A stretch of DNA of 63,390 nucleotides, counting the filler, from Collodictyon triciliatum (Eukaryota): NCBI GenBank assembly GCA_043381765.1. It is 12 parts of 12 records of this genome, joined end to end, with 100 filler letters (N's around TTAATTAATTAA, not from the genome) between each part and the next. Parts side by side here need not be neighbours in the genome. Positions count along the whole stretch, not along the records: positions 21,456 to 26,711 come from JBHJMP010005342.1; positions 26,812 to 32,067 come from JBHJMP010005343.1; positions 32,168 to 37,422 come from JBHJMP010005344.1; positions 37,523 to 42,776 come from JBHJMP010005345.1; 8 more parts are not named here. One strand, written 5' to 3'. Below the pieces are notes generated by a model. The model saw nothing but the letters and a program-made list of their open reading frames with translations, was not told the origin of the DNA and made no database searches. Positions 24,771 through 42,487 of this stretch are shown piece by piece. The position numbers and the translations under genes were made by a program. The stretch's first letter is position 1. Each line of letters begins with the position of its first letter.

Positions 24771-25360
24771 TGGTTATTCTGCTCAATTTCTTTCTTTTAT
24801 ACATCATATCGCAATCTTGTTCTCCTGCCTTTAGATACTTATTGCACTTTTTTCTTTAATTCATGTAACCTGTTTTGTAGAAATAAAAAAAATAGCTTCA
24901 ACAGGCTGGAGTTTTGCGTGGCAAATGAATTTTATTTGCTCATGCAAAAGAAAATCGAGGACTGGAATCAAATCGTCCAGAGAAATAAATGCTCGCAATC
25001 ATGAAAGATTTAATACGTTTTTACTCATATTATTTAGCTATAATCTCCATAAATGAATTCCTGTGTTCACAAAATACTTCAAGAACCAGATAATATTATT
25101 TTTTTTTGGTGGGATTAACTTTTTCTTTTATTTTAATTTTTTAAAAGGATTATGATTATCCAGAAAAAAAGGGATCGAATTCTTTGCAAAAAGAAAAAAA
25201 GAAAAAAAGAAAAAAAAGAAAAAAAAGAAAAAAAAAGAAAAAAAAAGAGGAACAAAAGAAGAAAAGAAGCAAAGAAGAAGAAGAGAAAAAGAAAAGAAGA
25301 AAAGAAAAGAGGAAGAAGAGAAAAAGAAAAATATGGGAAATAGGAAGCGATGGAGGGCAG

Positions 25361-25675
25361 CTAAGTTAGCGAGCCGACCTCGAAAGTGAAGTCGATGGTG
25401 GAGAACGAAACCAAATTGCCGTGGGAAAGCAGAGTGCGATCCATGACAGGGTTTCCATTGACTTTGTTTGGGTTTTTGCCGCACCCAATCAAAGCGAATG
25501 TCTTTGTGAGGCTATCAAACATGATGATGGCCTGCCTTCGGGAAATCATGCGTGCGTTTGATGCGGCAGAGATGTTAATGTCCGTAGGCGAAAGGTCGCA
25601 TCCGCGCCCGATGACAACTCTTTCGCTTTTGATATAGAAACTGGGACATTCGGTTGCTGGGATGGAAATGCAACA
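25361..25675 (-). CDS. FHA-domain terminal exon (MCRS1/forkhead-associated-like)
   Basis: VVIGRG…DINI…ISRRQAII.FD…F.LIGCGKN…VNG..V…LSHGNLVSF….FTF. Confidence 0.8.
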   Translation of the reverse strand, partial: CCISIPATECPSFYIKSERVVIGRGCDLSPTDINISAASNARMISRRQAIIMFDSLTKTFALIGCGKNPNKVNGNPVMDRTLLSHGNLVSFSTIDFTFEVGSLT

Positions 25676-25724
25676 TCTTTAATCAACCGGATAATCAGGC
25701 TGTAGAATCAGAGCAGTGTTGGAA

Positions 25725-25868
<144 letters not shown>

Positions 25869-27009
25869 CATTTATCGTTCTTTTCTGTTTTTATCTCTGA
25901 TTCTTGTACAATTACATATTTTGTAAGTCAAGTAAAATTGAAAAATAAATATTCGATTGATGGAGCTGTTTAGAGTTACGGTTCATGGAGCGCAAGTAGG
26001 CGAGGTATTTATTTTTTTGTGCAGGGTCTATATAATCATGATAAAGCGTATGTCTCTTTAAATTTGTGTTGTTTAGATGTCAAATTAACCAAGAAAGCAT
26101 AACTAAGAAAACATAAAAAAATAAAACATAAAAAAAGAAAGTATCATAAAGACGGAAAAAAGAGGTAAATCCATAAATACCGATAGACATCGAAAAAAAA
26201 ACCTAGGCGAGGGTCGATGGGCATGAGCGCCGAGTTTTTGAACGGAGCCTTGGTTTTATTCCGGGTAGGCAATTCATTTTTGCCACCAGAGGGTACTTTT
26301 TTTTTTTTTGTTGAGGATATTAAAAACAATAAATTCTAATAATTTATGAAATTGACATTCGATATGATGAGGTCATGAGAACAAAAAATAGACTTCAGAT
26401 GATTTAATCACATTCAATTAATTCGCTGATAAAATTCACAAACATGGCGATTCCACATGAGATGAGGCAGATTGAGCTTGCTGATAGATATTGCTGGGCG
26501 CTGCGAATATTAAATGAGTAATATTTAGATATTTCTGTCTTGGAGAACCAATATGAAAGACAAGTATGCATTTTAGTAGGAATCATAAAAAGAATAAAAA
26601 AGAATGAAAAAAGAATAAAAAAGAATAAAAAAGAATAAAAAAGAATAAAAAAGAATAAAAAAGAATAAAAAAGAATAAAAAAGAATAAAAAAGAATAAAA
26701 AAGAATAAAAANNNNNNNNNNNNNNNNNNNNNNNNNNNNNNNNNNNNNNNNNNNNTTAATTAATTAANNNNNNNNNNNNNNNNNNNNNNNNNNNNNNNNN
26801 NNNNNNNNNNNAAAGAGAAAGAGAAAGAGAAAGAGAAAGAGAAAGAGAAAGAGAAAGAGAAAGAGAAAGAGAAAGAGAAAGAGAAAGAGAAAGAGAAAGA
26901 GAAAGAGAAAGAGAAAGAGAAAGAGATAAAAGGAAACATACATCTGTATTATTTTCACAAAGTATCAAATACTGTTTCCGAAATACTTCTTTTACACAAA
27001 GGGGGTCAA

Positions 27010-29160
<2,151 letters not shown>

Positions 29161-29571
29161 GCATTTCTGATTAGTACTCCGAGCTATTCTATTGGGATTC
29201 GGGGTTTGTTTTTTTCTTTTCTCTGTCAACAACAAAGTCTGTCTCTTAGTATGAACATATGATGATAGCGCGGGAGTTGAAAGGCTGCCACCAGATTTCC
29301 AGAAACCGGGATGGCATTTTCTTTGCTCTTGCAGTCAAAGCGCTGTGGCGCAGCCCAATCATGTCTGTGTGATTTAATTTAAAAATTGAATCCGCCTACA
29401 AGTTGATACTATATACCCATAAATATTGCGACATAGTGCCATTTCGGGGTGGCAAATAGCCTTGTGGGTCACCCACAAACAACACCAGACAGACAACAAA
29501 CACACGCACGCCCAAAAAACAGAATAAGACACACCATCGAACAGATATGCGACCTAACACGTCAAAAATGA

Positions 29572-29642
29572 TGCATTGTCCGGGAATCGAACCCGGGTCG
29601 ACAGCTTGGAAGGCTATCATGCTGCCACTACACCAACAATGC
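29572..29642 (-). tRNA. trnG-TCC: tRNA-Gly (anticodon TCC)
   Basis: Minus strand GCATTGTTGGTGTAGTGGCAGCATGATAGCCTTCCAAGCTGTCGACCCGGGTTCGATTCCCGGACAATGCA folds to a cloverleaf with a GGTTCGA T-loop; a T5 Pol III terminator follows. Confidence 0.96.
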
Positions 29643-29799
29643 TTCCGTGTTGTCTTCAGAGAAACAAAGCTATAATAATTTATAACAATTCCCTTGCGCC
29701 TTTCCTGCTTCCTGGTTTGAGGCGAGGTTTCTTCGCCAACACCCAGGCAAGTACCCACCAAGCCCAGTAGTTGAGCCACACAACCCCGGCCCCAGCTGA

Positions 29800-31900
<2,101 letters not shown>

Positions 31901-32234
31901 GTTTGTGCATATTAATTAACAAGTGAATTAAGTCTTTGAACTCTATTATTATTATCATTATTATCATCATCATCATTATTATCATCATTATTATCATCAT
32001 TATTATCATCATTATTATCATCATTATTATCATCATTATTATCATCATTATTATCATCATTATTATCNNNNNNNNNNNNNNNNNNNNNNNNNNNNNNNNN
32101 NNNNNNNNNNNTTAATTAATTAANNNNNNNNNNNNNNNNNNNNNNNNNNNNNNNNNNNNNNNNNNNNTTTTCCCTTTTTTTTTTTTTTTTGGGAATTTTT
32201 GGGGGAGTTTAAATTTTTTTTTTTTTGAAGATCG

Positions 32235-32295
<61 letters not shown>

Positions 32296-32387
32296 AAAGA
32301 AAAGAATCGATACTAATAGGTTGTTAGGGACACTGGATAATATTCCCCTGGATGGAAAAAAAGTTGGATGTAAACATCTTATCTCGA

Positions 32388-35300
32388 CTACAATAAGTGG
32401 GTGACGTCTTTATTTTCCTTGGTATCATAGACAGTGCCGCCAACTTTCTGAATCCCGTATACCTGAATAATCTTGGGTTCATTTCGTCACGACTCAAATT
32501 ATATATTTTCATCAAGATTTAGTGGTGCGAGTACAGAGAGGAAAGAAAACAATCAAGAATGTAGTGTAGGACTCAAGACATCGAAAAAATTGATTCGACT
32601 GTAGGCAATCGGATAGCGAAAAGTGGATAAAGCAAACGAGTAAATCAAGTGACGAGGACGAACATGTGCATCCTCTGATTTTACCCTTCAAGGATAGTTG
32701 CTGTCAAACAAGAACAAAATCGTCCGAATCAGAGAGACCAGCTTCAGTAGTTGGGTCTGTTAAATGCTCGGTGGTGAAGGCATCTAAAGTGAATTGGGAA
32801 TATTCCTGCACTTGCTTGTGTGGACTCTGCAGAAGGTTGGTTATAACAGATGTGGCATTTTCAGTCATCAAATACATTCGATTGTCGTCTATTATGCGAA
32901 GACCAGGAGGCAAGTAAGTATGTCTGAAAATTGATGCTTAGAAAGAATAAAGAAGAAAAGACTTTCCATTTTATTAATGATGTAAATGGTGTAATATTTC
33001 GGATTTGGATAATGTAGACTTTAGTACCAGAATGCAGGAATAATGTTACAAAAATGTGCACACAGTCTATGCATACATCATGATATAAATTCTGTTCGAT
33101 AGAAGGGAGGCTGCAATAAATGTTCATACCACTTTGTCGAGCGATAACAGCCATGAAGCGAAGAGCACTCGTTTGGACAAGGATGTTCTCAAAAAGTAGC
33201 AAACTAACCAAGATAGGAATTCCATCCGATAGAAGAAAACGTTCGCCGCATTTTTCTATCGTTATTGATTGAATTTGTATTAGTAAATTGGGAGAAAATA
33301 AGAAATTCAATTCAGGTTTGATTTAAGTTTGAATTTTATATCATGGAGAACGAGTTCTTGTTTGTTTGTTTGTTTGTTTGTTTGTTTGTTTGTTTGTTTC
33401 CCCTCTGTAGGTCATATATGTATGTACCATTCGCAATAGCCAAAGAATGAAGTCCTGATAATATGTATGGGGTAATTCCATGGTATGCTTTCCAAGTTGA
33501 TAATAACGCGGTAAATAACTCTACGCCATCCATTTCCATGAAATCCAATCGACAGCCGTCTTCATTACAAATATGGTATTGCGTATATAAATAAACTGAA
33601 GCTTTTATGGTAGGATTGCATACAAAAGACACATTTGATTGGTTGTTAGGAACAACCTAAAAATGAATGAAATGGAATGGAAAGTAGAAAATGAACCTGA
33701 TAACTTCAACATTCCATCCACTGCACTAACCGATGCAGATATAACTCTTTTGTGGGGATATTCGAATAGTTTGATAAAGATTGGAATGAACTGTTCTCGC
33801 TGGGCGGCTTCGATATTCAGCCCTATTACACCCGGCAAAAATAGAAAAAAGATATCACCTTGATACCACCAATAAACTCTTAACCATTTTCCCCTTATTG
33901 GCAATCAAAAATCATACTTACGATTGTCAGTAAAAGATGCTGCCAGGCTAAGGCAAGTCCACTCGATAACATCCATGGGAAACCCTGCGCGCGAATCTCG
34001 GAGGATTTGTGAAAATACTTGAAGACTCCCACATCGGTGAAAAATGACCCGACTATCATCTTTCACATGGTATCAAGAAAAGGGTTAGTCGGGATGAGTC
34101 TTTGGATTTTAAGATAAAAATAAGATAAGAAAAGAAAAGAAAAGAAAAGAAAAGAAAAGAAAAGAAAAGAAAAGAAAAGAAAAGAAAAGAAAAGAAAAGA
34201 AAAGAAAAGAAAAGAAAAGAATATCAGTATGTATGGAAAAAAAACCCTCTTGGCATAAACATTCGTGTAGTATCTGCAATAGAACAATGATGATGTGATA
34301 GTACGCCTTAAATTGAGTAGTAGATATCAAAATGTTTGGTGCTGGAGCTGATTCATCAGAAGTATGTCTACTACTCATATCCGAATCCAGATAACTCTTT
34401 ATGGTCCCGATAATCATTTCTATTCCTCCAGCTGAGCGAATAGAACTAACATATTCGATCCCTAGGTTTATAGTAAAGAAAATTCAGGGGTAATCCTATT
34501 CAGTATATCACAAATTTCTTTGAAATATTTTTAATATGAAACCATATTCGCGTCACTAAAGTGTCACACAAATCCTGTTAGATTATTTAAATGCTTAAAA
34601 TTGAGTGAACGAAATGGACATAGATCACGCCAAGGACAAACATACCCCTCCGCTCGACAGCCTGTCTCAACGCCACAGCAACACGATATTGCACAAAAGG
34701 CTCCCTTGCAGCGAGAAGTGAAACAAGTGCGAGTATTGTATTACTTGATTGCGTGACATCAAACAACCCATCTGCATCATGAAATAGTACATGAAAGTGA
34801 GAAACTATAGTAAATCTATTTTTAAATTTTGAATTTAGATCGGCTCACATCAATATCAGCACATATTAAATCATCAGAACATACACAGAGAAAGAGGAGG
34901 AAAGGTTTTAATAGTAGATTTTATCGAGGTAAATCAAACGGTTATATTGCAGGCAGTTCCCTATAAATTGAGCTGCAGCCGCTTGAATGTCTTGTCTATA
35001 TGATCGAAGAAACTTTGTAGCCAACGATAGAGTGCCCAGTGAAGCAAGTTCTTGGGATGACTTATCTGTGATATATAATTTTTTTTAGAAGGGATTAGCA
35101 ACTTTTAGTTTGTTTATGCGGGAGCGAAATGGAATATAATTGATGCACATAGCTTCATAATTTCTCAGTAGGTATGGCCTAAATACCTTCGGAACTGACA
35201 ACAGCCAAGCACATAAGTAATGGGAATGATGGAGTTGCATTTGATTGGACCGAATTCATGATGGAAAATAATTTCGGGAGGAATCCTTTCTCCCGTATTT

Positions 35301-36608
35301 CCTTTTGAACAGAGACTACCAAATGAGAAAAGAAATAAGATTTTTTTTTTAATAAAGGACAATTAGAAAGATGGCGGGAGTTCCAAGAAAATGGAAAGAA
35401 AAAGAAGTATGTATCTTTTCTCAAAGTATCAGATTGTATCCCTCAGAGAAGGAAAAGAAAAATGAATATTAAAATACAGAACTGTTTCCACGAGCTAAAA
35501 AGTATAAAACTTCTCCTGCATGGTCAAACAAATATTTTTCGTCAGAGTCCAAAATCTTCCCCAATTTCGATAAAATATTACAATCCAGAGCAAAGCTGTG
35601 GCGGTGAGCTGTTTTCATTTGAAATTTTTAAAAAGAATAATAATAAAAATAAAAAGTGAAGATGATACTTTATGAAATTGTCATAATATGTAAATGCTTG
35701 AGTTTACCATCGTCATAGATGCAGTCGCGAATAATGGGAAGAGCGAAGTTGCAAACTGGCTCAAAAACATCGATAAGGGGAATAATGGATGACATAGTCT
35801 TTTGGGCCATAAATGAAGCTTCTTTCGATTCTGTTGTAGTCAATTATTTCGTTAACAAAATGGAATAAGATGAAATGCAAAGAAAAAAGAAAAAGAAGGA
35901 AAAATTATTATATATTAACAAACCCTCCCGAATATTAAAGCATTTTGATAAAGCTCGAACAGCCGCTCTCTTTTGTAACATGTTTCCAGAGTGAAGGTAA
36001 CGCAATACAATACTAATACACCCATGAGATGAAACCACATCTTTACTGTTTCCTTTTGAATTCGTTATGAAATAAACATTCAGTTATCGAAAATCATTTA
36101 TTTATTGATATTTCCAGTGAGATTTTTGTTACTGTTTTATTGATGTGAATTAGTATAAGTATTATTGTAGGAGTTAGTGTTATTATTAGTAATACTAATA
36201 CTATTGTCCCCGCACGAGTTAATCAAAGCTTCGAAAGCTGTCACAATATCTTCCTCCTTCGCTCTTTGAATAACATCAATAATCGCTATAAGGCCATCAT
36301 TTTCCCTCAACTCGTCTTGACAAGCAACTATGTTAAATAATATAATGATTCTATTAAATAGAACCAATAATTGGCTATATGATATACATATAAAAAATTC
36401 GGTCGTAAAAAAAAATCCACGGTTAAAATGAATAGAATAATCATAAATACTCACGGTTGTCTTTACAAATAAGCCCTATGGTTCGATAAGCAGCCTTTTG
36501 AACTTCTTTTGATGGAGAGACGAGAAAATGTGAAACTATGTAATTTATCATGCGCTGCTGTCTCATGTATTCTTGATTATCAGCTGCATTTTTTTATAAA
36601 AGAGTATG

Positions 36609-36705
<97 letters not shown>

Positions 36706-37245
36706 ATAATCAAATTAGCTCTCTTTCTTCTCTCAATAATTTAATGTGCAAGGGATTATTTTTTCAGACTACTCTTTTTTTTTTAAAAAAAAAAAGAATG
36801 CTAAACAGAATATTGGTGATAAATTCTCAAATTCTTTTTCAAGGAAAGTGTGCATAAAAACTCAGATAAATAAAGGTCCTTTAATACAAGCTTACGATTG
36901 GCGATACATAGTTCTCCTATTGTTTGTAAGGTATATGCTACGAACACCGAAGAACGGGAATTTTTAAGAGCAATTACAATAGAATATATGACTCTTGACA
37001 TGCGCGCTGCATCTTTAGACCTTTCTAAATCCCAAAAAAAAAAAAATTATTTAAAGGGAAAAGGAAGAGGAAAAGGAAAAATGGTTCAGATAACAGATAA
37101 TGCTAGAGTGGAGACTACCATTATCTTTGATGCAATAATATATAATTCCTAGAGAAATTTCCTGTATTTCAATACTATTTGATTCTAGTAGAGTTGCTAG
37201 ACTCATTAAAGCTGATGCAGAAACAAGAATTCTATTCGCCTCTGG
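32388..37245 (-). CDS. Armadillo-repeat protein, multi-exon, 5' partial
   Basis: Repeated ARM-like exons: GCISIVLRYLHSGNMLQKRAAVRALSKC, GIPILVSLLLFENILVQTSALRFMAVIAR, ELRENDGLIAIIDVI, VITNLLQSPHKQVQEYSQFTL. Confidence 0.8.
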
Positions 37246-37323
37246 AGAAAAAAGAAAATATAAATTCAGAATTTACAACCAGTGAAATACGCCTTTTAGG
37301 TGAATAAATATTTGATAATGATC

Positions 37324-37422
<99 letters not shown>

Positions 37423-37529
37423 NNNNNNNNNNNNNNNNNNNNNNNNNNNNNNNNNNNNNNNNNNNNTTAATTAATTAANNNNNNNNNNNNNNNNNNNNNN
37501 NNNNNNNNNNNNNNNNNNNNNNAAAAAAA

Positions 37530-37595
<66 letters not shown>

Positions 37596-37598
<3 letters not shown>

Positions 37599-39763
37599 TC
37601 GTTTACGTGGCCTGATATTAATATAGCCATGGTACTAGCTATATATTGATATCATGACACGCGGCTAAGGAGCCCATACAGAAACATAGCAGATATTTCA
37701 GAGTCCTTACAGCTTCTTCGCTTTCAGCTTGGAACAGCTTCCTTTCTTCCTCGCTTCTTGCATGCTGCACGGCATAATCCTCATCACGAAGGTAGAAGAA
37801 TGCACGACTGCACGCTGGCTTGTCAATCAGACAGGCATACTGAATCTGTGGTGAATTTGGCAATTGGAAAAGAAAATGCAAAAAAAAAAAAATTGTAAAA
37901 ATAAAAACAAAGGCAATTAAAAAATAAAGATAAGAACAATCATAAAGAAACCAGAACTCAAAGACCAATCCACTTACCTCGTATTCCGTCACGCTTAGCC
38001 CAGGCATCTCGTTGATAAAGACAAAGCGGCTATTTGTCTCGCTGCGCCATTCAACCCATATGTCCTTCATTGTAGCACCAGGCTTGGTCTTCAGTAGTTC
38101 CTCCAGACGAACCTGCTTGTTTACCTCGCTTTTGTTTTGGTCCGGAATCCACCCATATCGCGCACCAAGAGAGCACACAAAGTACGGGCACTTTCCGATT
38201 GAATCCAGGCAACGAATCACAACCTGACACCCCATCACAACGAATAAGTCATCTTCTTTGCAAACTTGTGAAACATGGTGATGTCAACTATGAAGCTCAT
38301 TCAATCATCACCCATCCCTCGCTGCTGTCTTCAGAAGTCAGCCCCCAACGCAGGTCGATGAAGACTAGCTCCAGTCCCTTCGATTTTGCAAACCTCTTCA
38401 ACCTGCAAGTGCAACAATAGGATTTAATATAACTGCCCTATATATTTGTAATTAAAAAAAGAACGGCCTTTTTTCTTTTTTTTCTTTTTTTTACAGCTTA
38501 CTCGGGCGCTCCGTTTTTGAAGAATTCGTCTCTCTCGCGCTGCATATCACGGAAAGTGGAAGAAAGGAAGACACGAATCACGCGCTCATCAAAGATGATT
38601 GGCGCCAGCTTTGTTGTTGTTTCGTATCTTTGTGGCGCCGGATTCCACTTCTTGAGCCTTCTTTCCTTCAGCTCCTCACAAGCAAGCTTCATCTGTTACC
38701 ATACCATTACTGACACGCCCAAATGATAAAGAATAATTTGCAGCTTTTGCGCTCCTGTTATTTATGAGAGCTCACCTTATCAAGAAGAATGCATGTGCGA
38801 ATCAAGACGACTGACCCTTTATCCTCTAAGCCAAGGCCTGTTACGAGGATATCGTTGGTTTTAAACCCACTTCAAACGCCACACTGGTTTTGTGTATAAT
38901 TATTATTTCATGACTGCTCTGTGCTCACCTTGGAACGGGAACGGAGCTTTTGCTCTTTCATACAGCCTCTTGGCAATATCGTACCTTGGTCGGCAGGTTT
39001 TCTGTGTTTTGAATGAAACGAGAGAAAAAAATGTTCAAGGGTCAATCACATGCTCTCAAATCGTAATCTTGTATTCATAACAGAAATGAACCCATCTCAG
39101 ATACATTCAAGTTAATCCTACCCCAACGCCTCCAGTATGTCCGACGCTTTTTCCGATAAGATACCAGAGAATGGGGTTGCTTATCGCTGATAAAATGTAA
39201 GAATAAATGACTCATGTCACGAACTCTATTTGTAAATCATGGCACAAAGAAATTGCACAAAGAAATTGCACAAACATCCATATTCGGCTTCCCCAGAGAG
39301 TCTCTCATCAAAAACCTTCAGCTTCAGAAACCAAGCAACAATCAGCTTTTGGTTCTCATCCACGAGAACCCTGTCCTCGATAGCCTTGTCACTATATGTA
39401 AATTTAATTCACATTGCTGGCTGAAATTTCATGTCGCTATCAAAAGATATTGTAATTCAAAGGGAAGCCCACGCAAAAAGACGAGAGTGGTAGTCTCCAA
39501 CAGATTTTCCGGTGACCATCTCAATCAACATGGTCAAAAGGAAACCATCCTCAAAGTCGTCTTGAATGTTTTTTGCTTTGAGCTCGATTTTCTCCAAGTG
39601 GTAGTTGACCCATTCGAGGACGGCCTGTTTGGAATGTTTTTTTATCACAACCATTTCTAACACCTTGCAAGGTGATATCACCATTGGGAAGTCATTATGA
39701 GCTTACTTCGTCGTTCGTCAGAAGACTGACGTGGGTCTCGGTGCTTGCTTCGGTTGCGGACAT
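37596..39763 (-). CDS. Calponin-homology domain + DUF4062 (TEP1/NWD/NPHP3-type STAND-associated domain) protein, 3' partial
   Basis: CH: KQAVLEWVNYHL…NIQDDFEDGFLLTMLIEMVTGK. DUF4062: IRVFLSSTFRDMQRERD…VFIDLRWG…IRCLDSI..CPYFVCSLGARYGWIP. Same strand, with linking exons. Confidence 0.75.
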
Positions 39764-39986
39764 TATTCGGAAATTCCTAGATTATGAGCTCGAGAATCAG
39801 TACAAAAAACTTTATTTGCTGTGGTTGATATCTATTAGGCTGCTTGGATAAGGAGTGTGATTTATCTCATGTCCATCAACAATGATTGTATAGCAAAATC
39901 AGAAAAACACAGCACTCTGCTCACTCATTCTGTTACATTTGTTAACGCGTTTCAACCAAATCTGCAAAGATGATGCAGGAAGATGC

Positions 39987-40056
<70 letters not shown>

Positions 40057-41836
40057 CGTCTACCACCACTCTGAAGCATCACCACATAATAATGACAAAA
40101 TTCACACTGATGGTTCATAATAAAGACGAATTTATGTGAACTAGAGCGATTCAGAATAATAACGAGACTAAATGCAATCACCAAAATAAAAATGAAGAGT
40201 GAATATGCTATGTATATAACACAATAGGGAAAGTATCATAAGAATCGCATAATGTTAATCGCGTCCTTTGGCCTAAGGGAGTCTTCTAATAAAAATATCT
40301 CTGAGAGAAATGAGTATAGCTTTACTAGTATTACTATTATAATTATTATTTATATAGTATTATTAATTATTAATTATTAATTATCATTCATTTTTTATTA
40401 TATATTATATATCATTGATATATTTATTATTATTATTTTTTATCATTATCATTATCATTATCATTATCATTATCATTATCATTATCATTATCATTATCAT
40501 TATCGGTATTATTATTTATTATTTTGGTGAGAACCTAGCATGTGAATATATTTGTATTCGAATATTATTTTCGGGATAAGAAACATTCAGGTAAACATCC
40601 CCTACAGACCGTCATGCCCTTTCGTGAGAGTAGACCTGACGACTACTAAATTAACTTTCCGCTGCTTGGCGTGTCGATTGCGAGTGAAAAAGAAACATTA
40701 GTTGATAATATGTCGTTGCATACACAAGCACAAAATAAAGAACGTTAAGACACACACGCAAAAAAAAAAAAATACATTAGAATCTGGGTGCATTCACAGA
40801 TGACTCACGAATAGCCCTCGCCTTTGAATTCATCGCTCCATCTGTTTTCCATTCCTTTTAAGATGATTGAAAATCGGTGGTGATGAGGCTGTGCTGTTGA
40901 GAAGGCTTTTCATCTATCTAAAAGAAGTGGTTTGTGCGAAAAGGTTGCGGTGACAATAAAAGACTAACAGACGAAAAGATAAAGTTGAGAGGGAAAGCTG
41001 GAATGCAAACGTATGTAACTTGATATCAGACTTTTATCTGCTGTTTTCTGGTGGTGCTATCCTCCCGCTAGCCTTGTACCGGCGTTTACTCTCAACCATG
41101 TGCACTCTACTCGGTCTTGAAATGGCCTAACCTTTGTGAAGTTTGAATCGAATAAAAAGAGAAAACGCTGTGTTGTACCTCGAAGGTGGGTAATTATATA
41201 TGAACTTAACAAAGGTTGCATTCTATGTATTTCTTGTGCCAATATCTTAAGATCAAACGAAGCTCACACCAAATGTTCATACGAGCTTCAATACTTCGTC
41301 AGGCATGGTGATCAGGAGCTGTCTCGCGACCGTGGGAGGAATCTGTCGGGTGTGTTTCCCTCCGGTTTCATCTACAATTGCTGAATAGTTGCGCCGTCCT
41401 TCTTGCCACCAAGCATTTTCCCAACCCTCAGTTACTTCTGATTCGCTAGAATTCGGTTTTTCGCTACATATATTCTGTGCGGGTGGGTAGGCGATTTCCA
41501 AATCCGCTTTCATGAACCACCCTATTTCTGGAAAGTAAAATTTTTTCAGCTATTCGGCGCAACTATCCGGACATGAACAAGCAGAGAGAGAAATATTCAT
41601 TTCAAGGCAGGTTTCAATAAGGAGCATCTACCGAAACAGAACCACCACATCGTCAATTTGAAGGGTAATTAAGGCACGGAAAAGCCCTGTCATTGCGATC
41701 CAACACACGATCCAGGTCGGCGGTTGATTCACTCGCTCCTCACAGCAACGTGGATCACTTGTACACTAGGCGACCAATCACTGAATCCACACAACCCGCA
41801 TGCAAAGTTTGGAAGCCAGCCTGACATTCGAATGAA

Positions 41837-42487
41837 ATGCCAAAGAATGCAACATACTTAAGTCACACAAAGCAGGAAAAGGAATCCACAACAAAGGCTC
41901 CGCTCCGTAGGACACAACCAAGAATGAGCCGCCCACCCGCATTCAACCCAGTCCCAAACCCAACCCCCGCAGAGTCGCATCGCACGCAGCGAAGATATCC
42001 AGAGACCATGCCCATGGAAGATACGCGCCAGCCAAGGCCCAAGGCGCCAACTCATCCTGAGGCCATGCCCACTGGCCCCAGACACATGGGCAGCTTCACC
42101 ATCATCCCGCCAAACCCGCAGAAGCGCGAGAAGATCATGAGGCAGCAGCAGGCCCAAGAGGCGCAACATGCTGAAAGACTGGAAAGCGGGGCCATTCGCA
42201 GAGTTGAACGCCGCATCCTTGATCCATCCTATGCACAGCGGTCTGCAAGTGGAGAGGCAGCCCAGCAGGCTGAGCCACGCAGAGCCGATCCCACCGAGGC
42301 CGCTCGGCGTGCGGCAGAAAGGCGCAATCCAATTAGTGTTCGCCATCCAAACAGTAATGCACCTCCAACTCGCGCTCAGTTCAATGCACAAGAGGAGGCC
42401 ATGGAACAGATGAGGCTCAAGAAGGAGATGCAGCCGGATCCAGAGGAGCTTCGCAGGCGCCGCATTGCGCATTACTCAAGCAAATGA
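41837..42487 (+). CDS. Single-exon hypothetical protein with C-terminal p97/VCP-binding-motif-like EELRRRRI
   Basis: Intact 216-aa GC-rich ORF; disordered composition; terminal PDPEELRRRRIAHYS. Confidence 0.6.
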   Translation: MPKNATYLSHTKQEKESTTKAPLRRTQPRMSRPPAFNPVPNPTPAESHRTQRRYPETMPMEDTRQPRPKAPTHPEAMPTGPRHMGSFTIIPPNPQKREKIMRQQQAQEAQHAERLESGAIRRVERRILDPSYAQRSASGEAAQQAEPRRADPTEAARRAAERRNPISVRHPNSNAPPTRAQFNAQEEAMEQMRLKKEMQPDPEELRRRRIAHYSSK

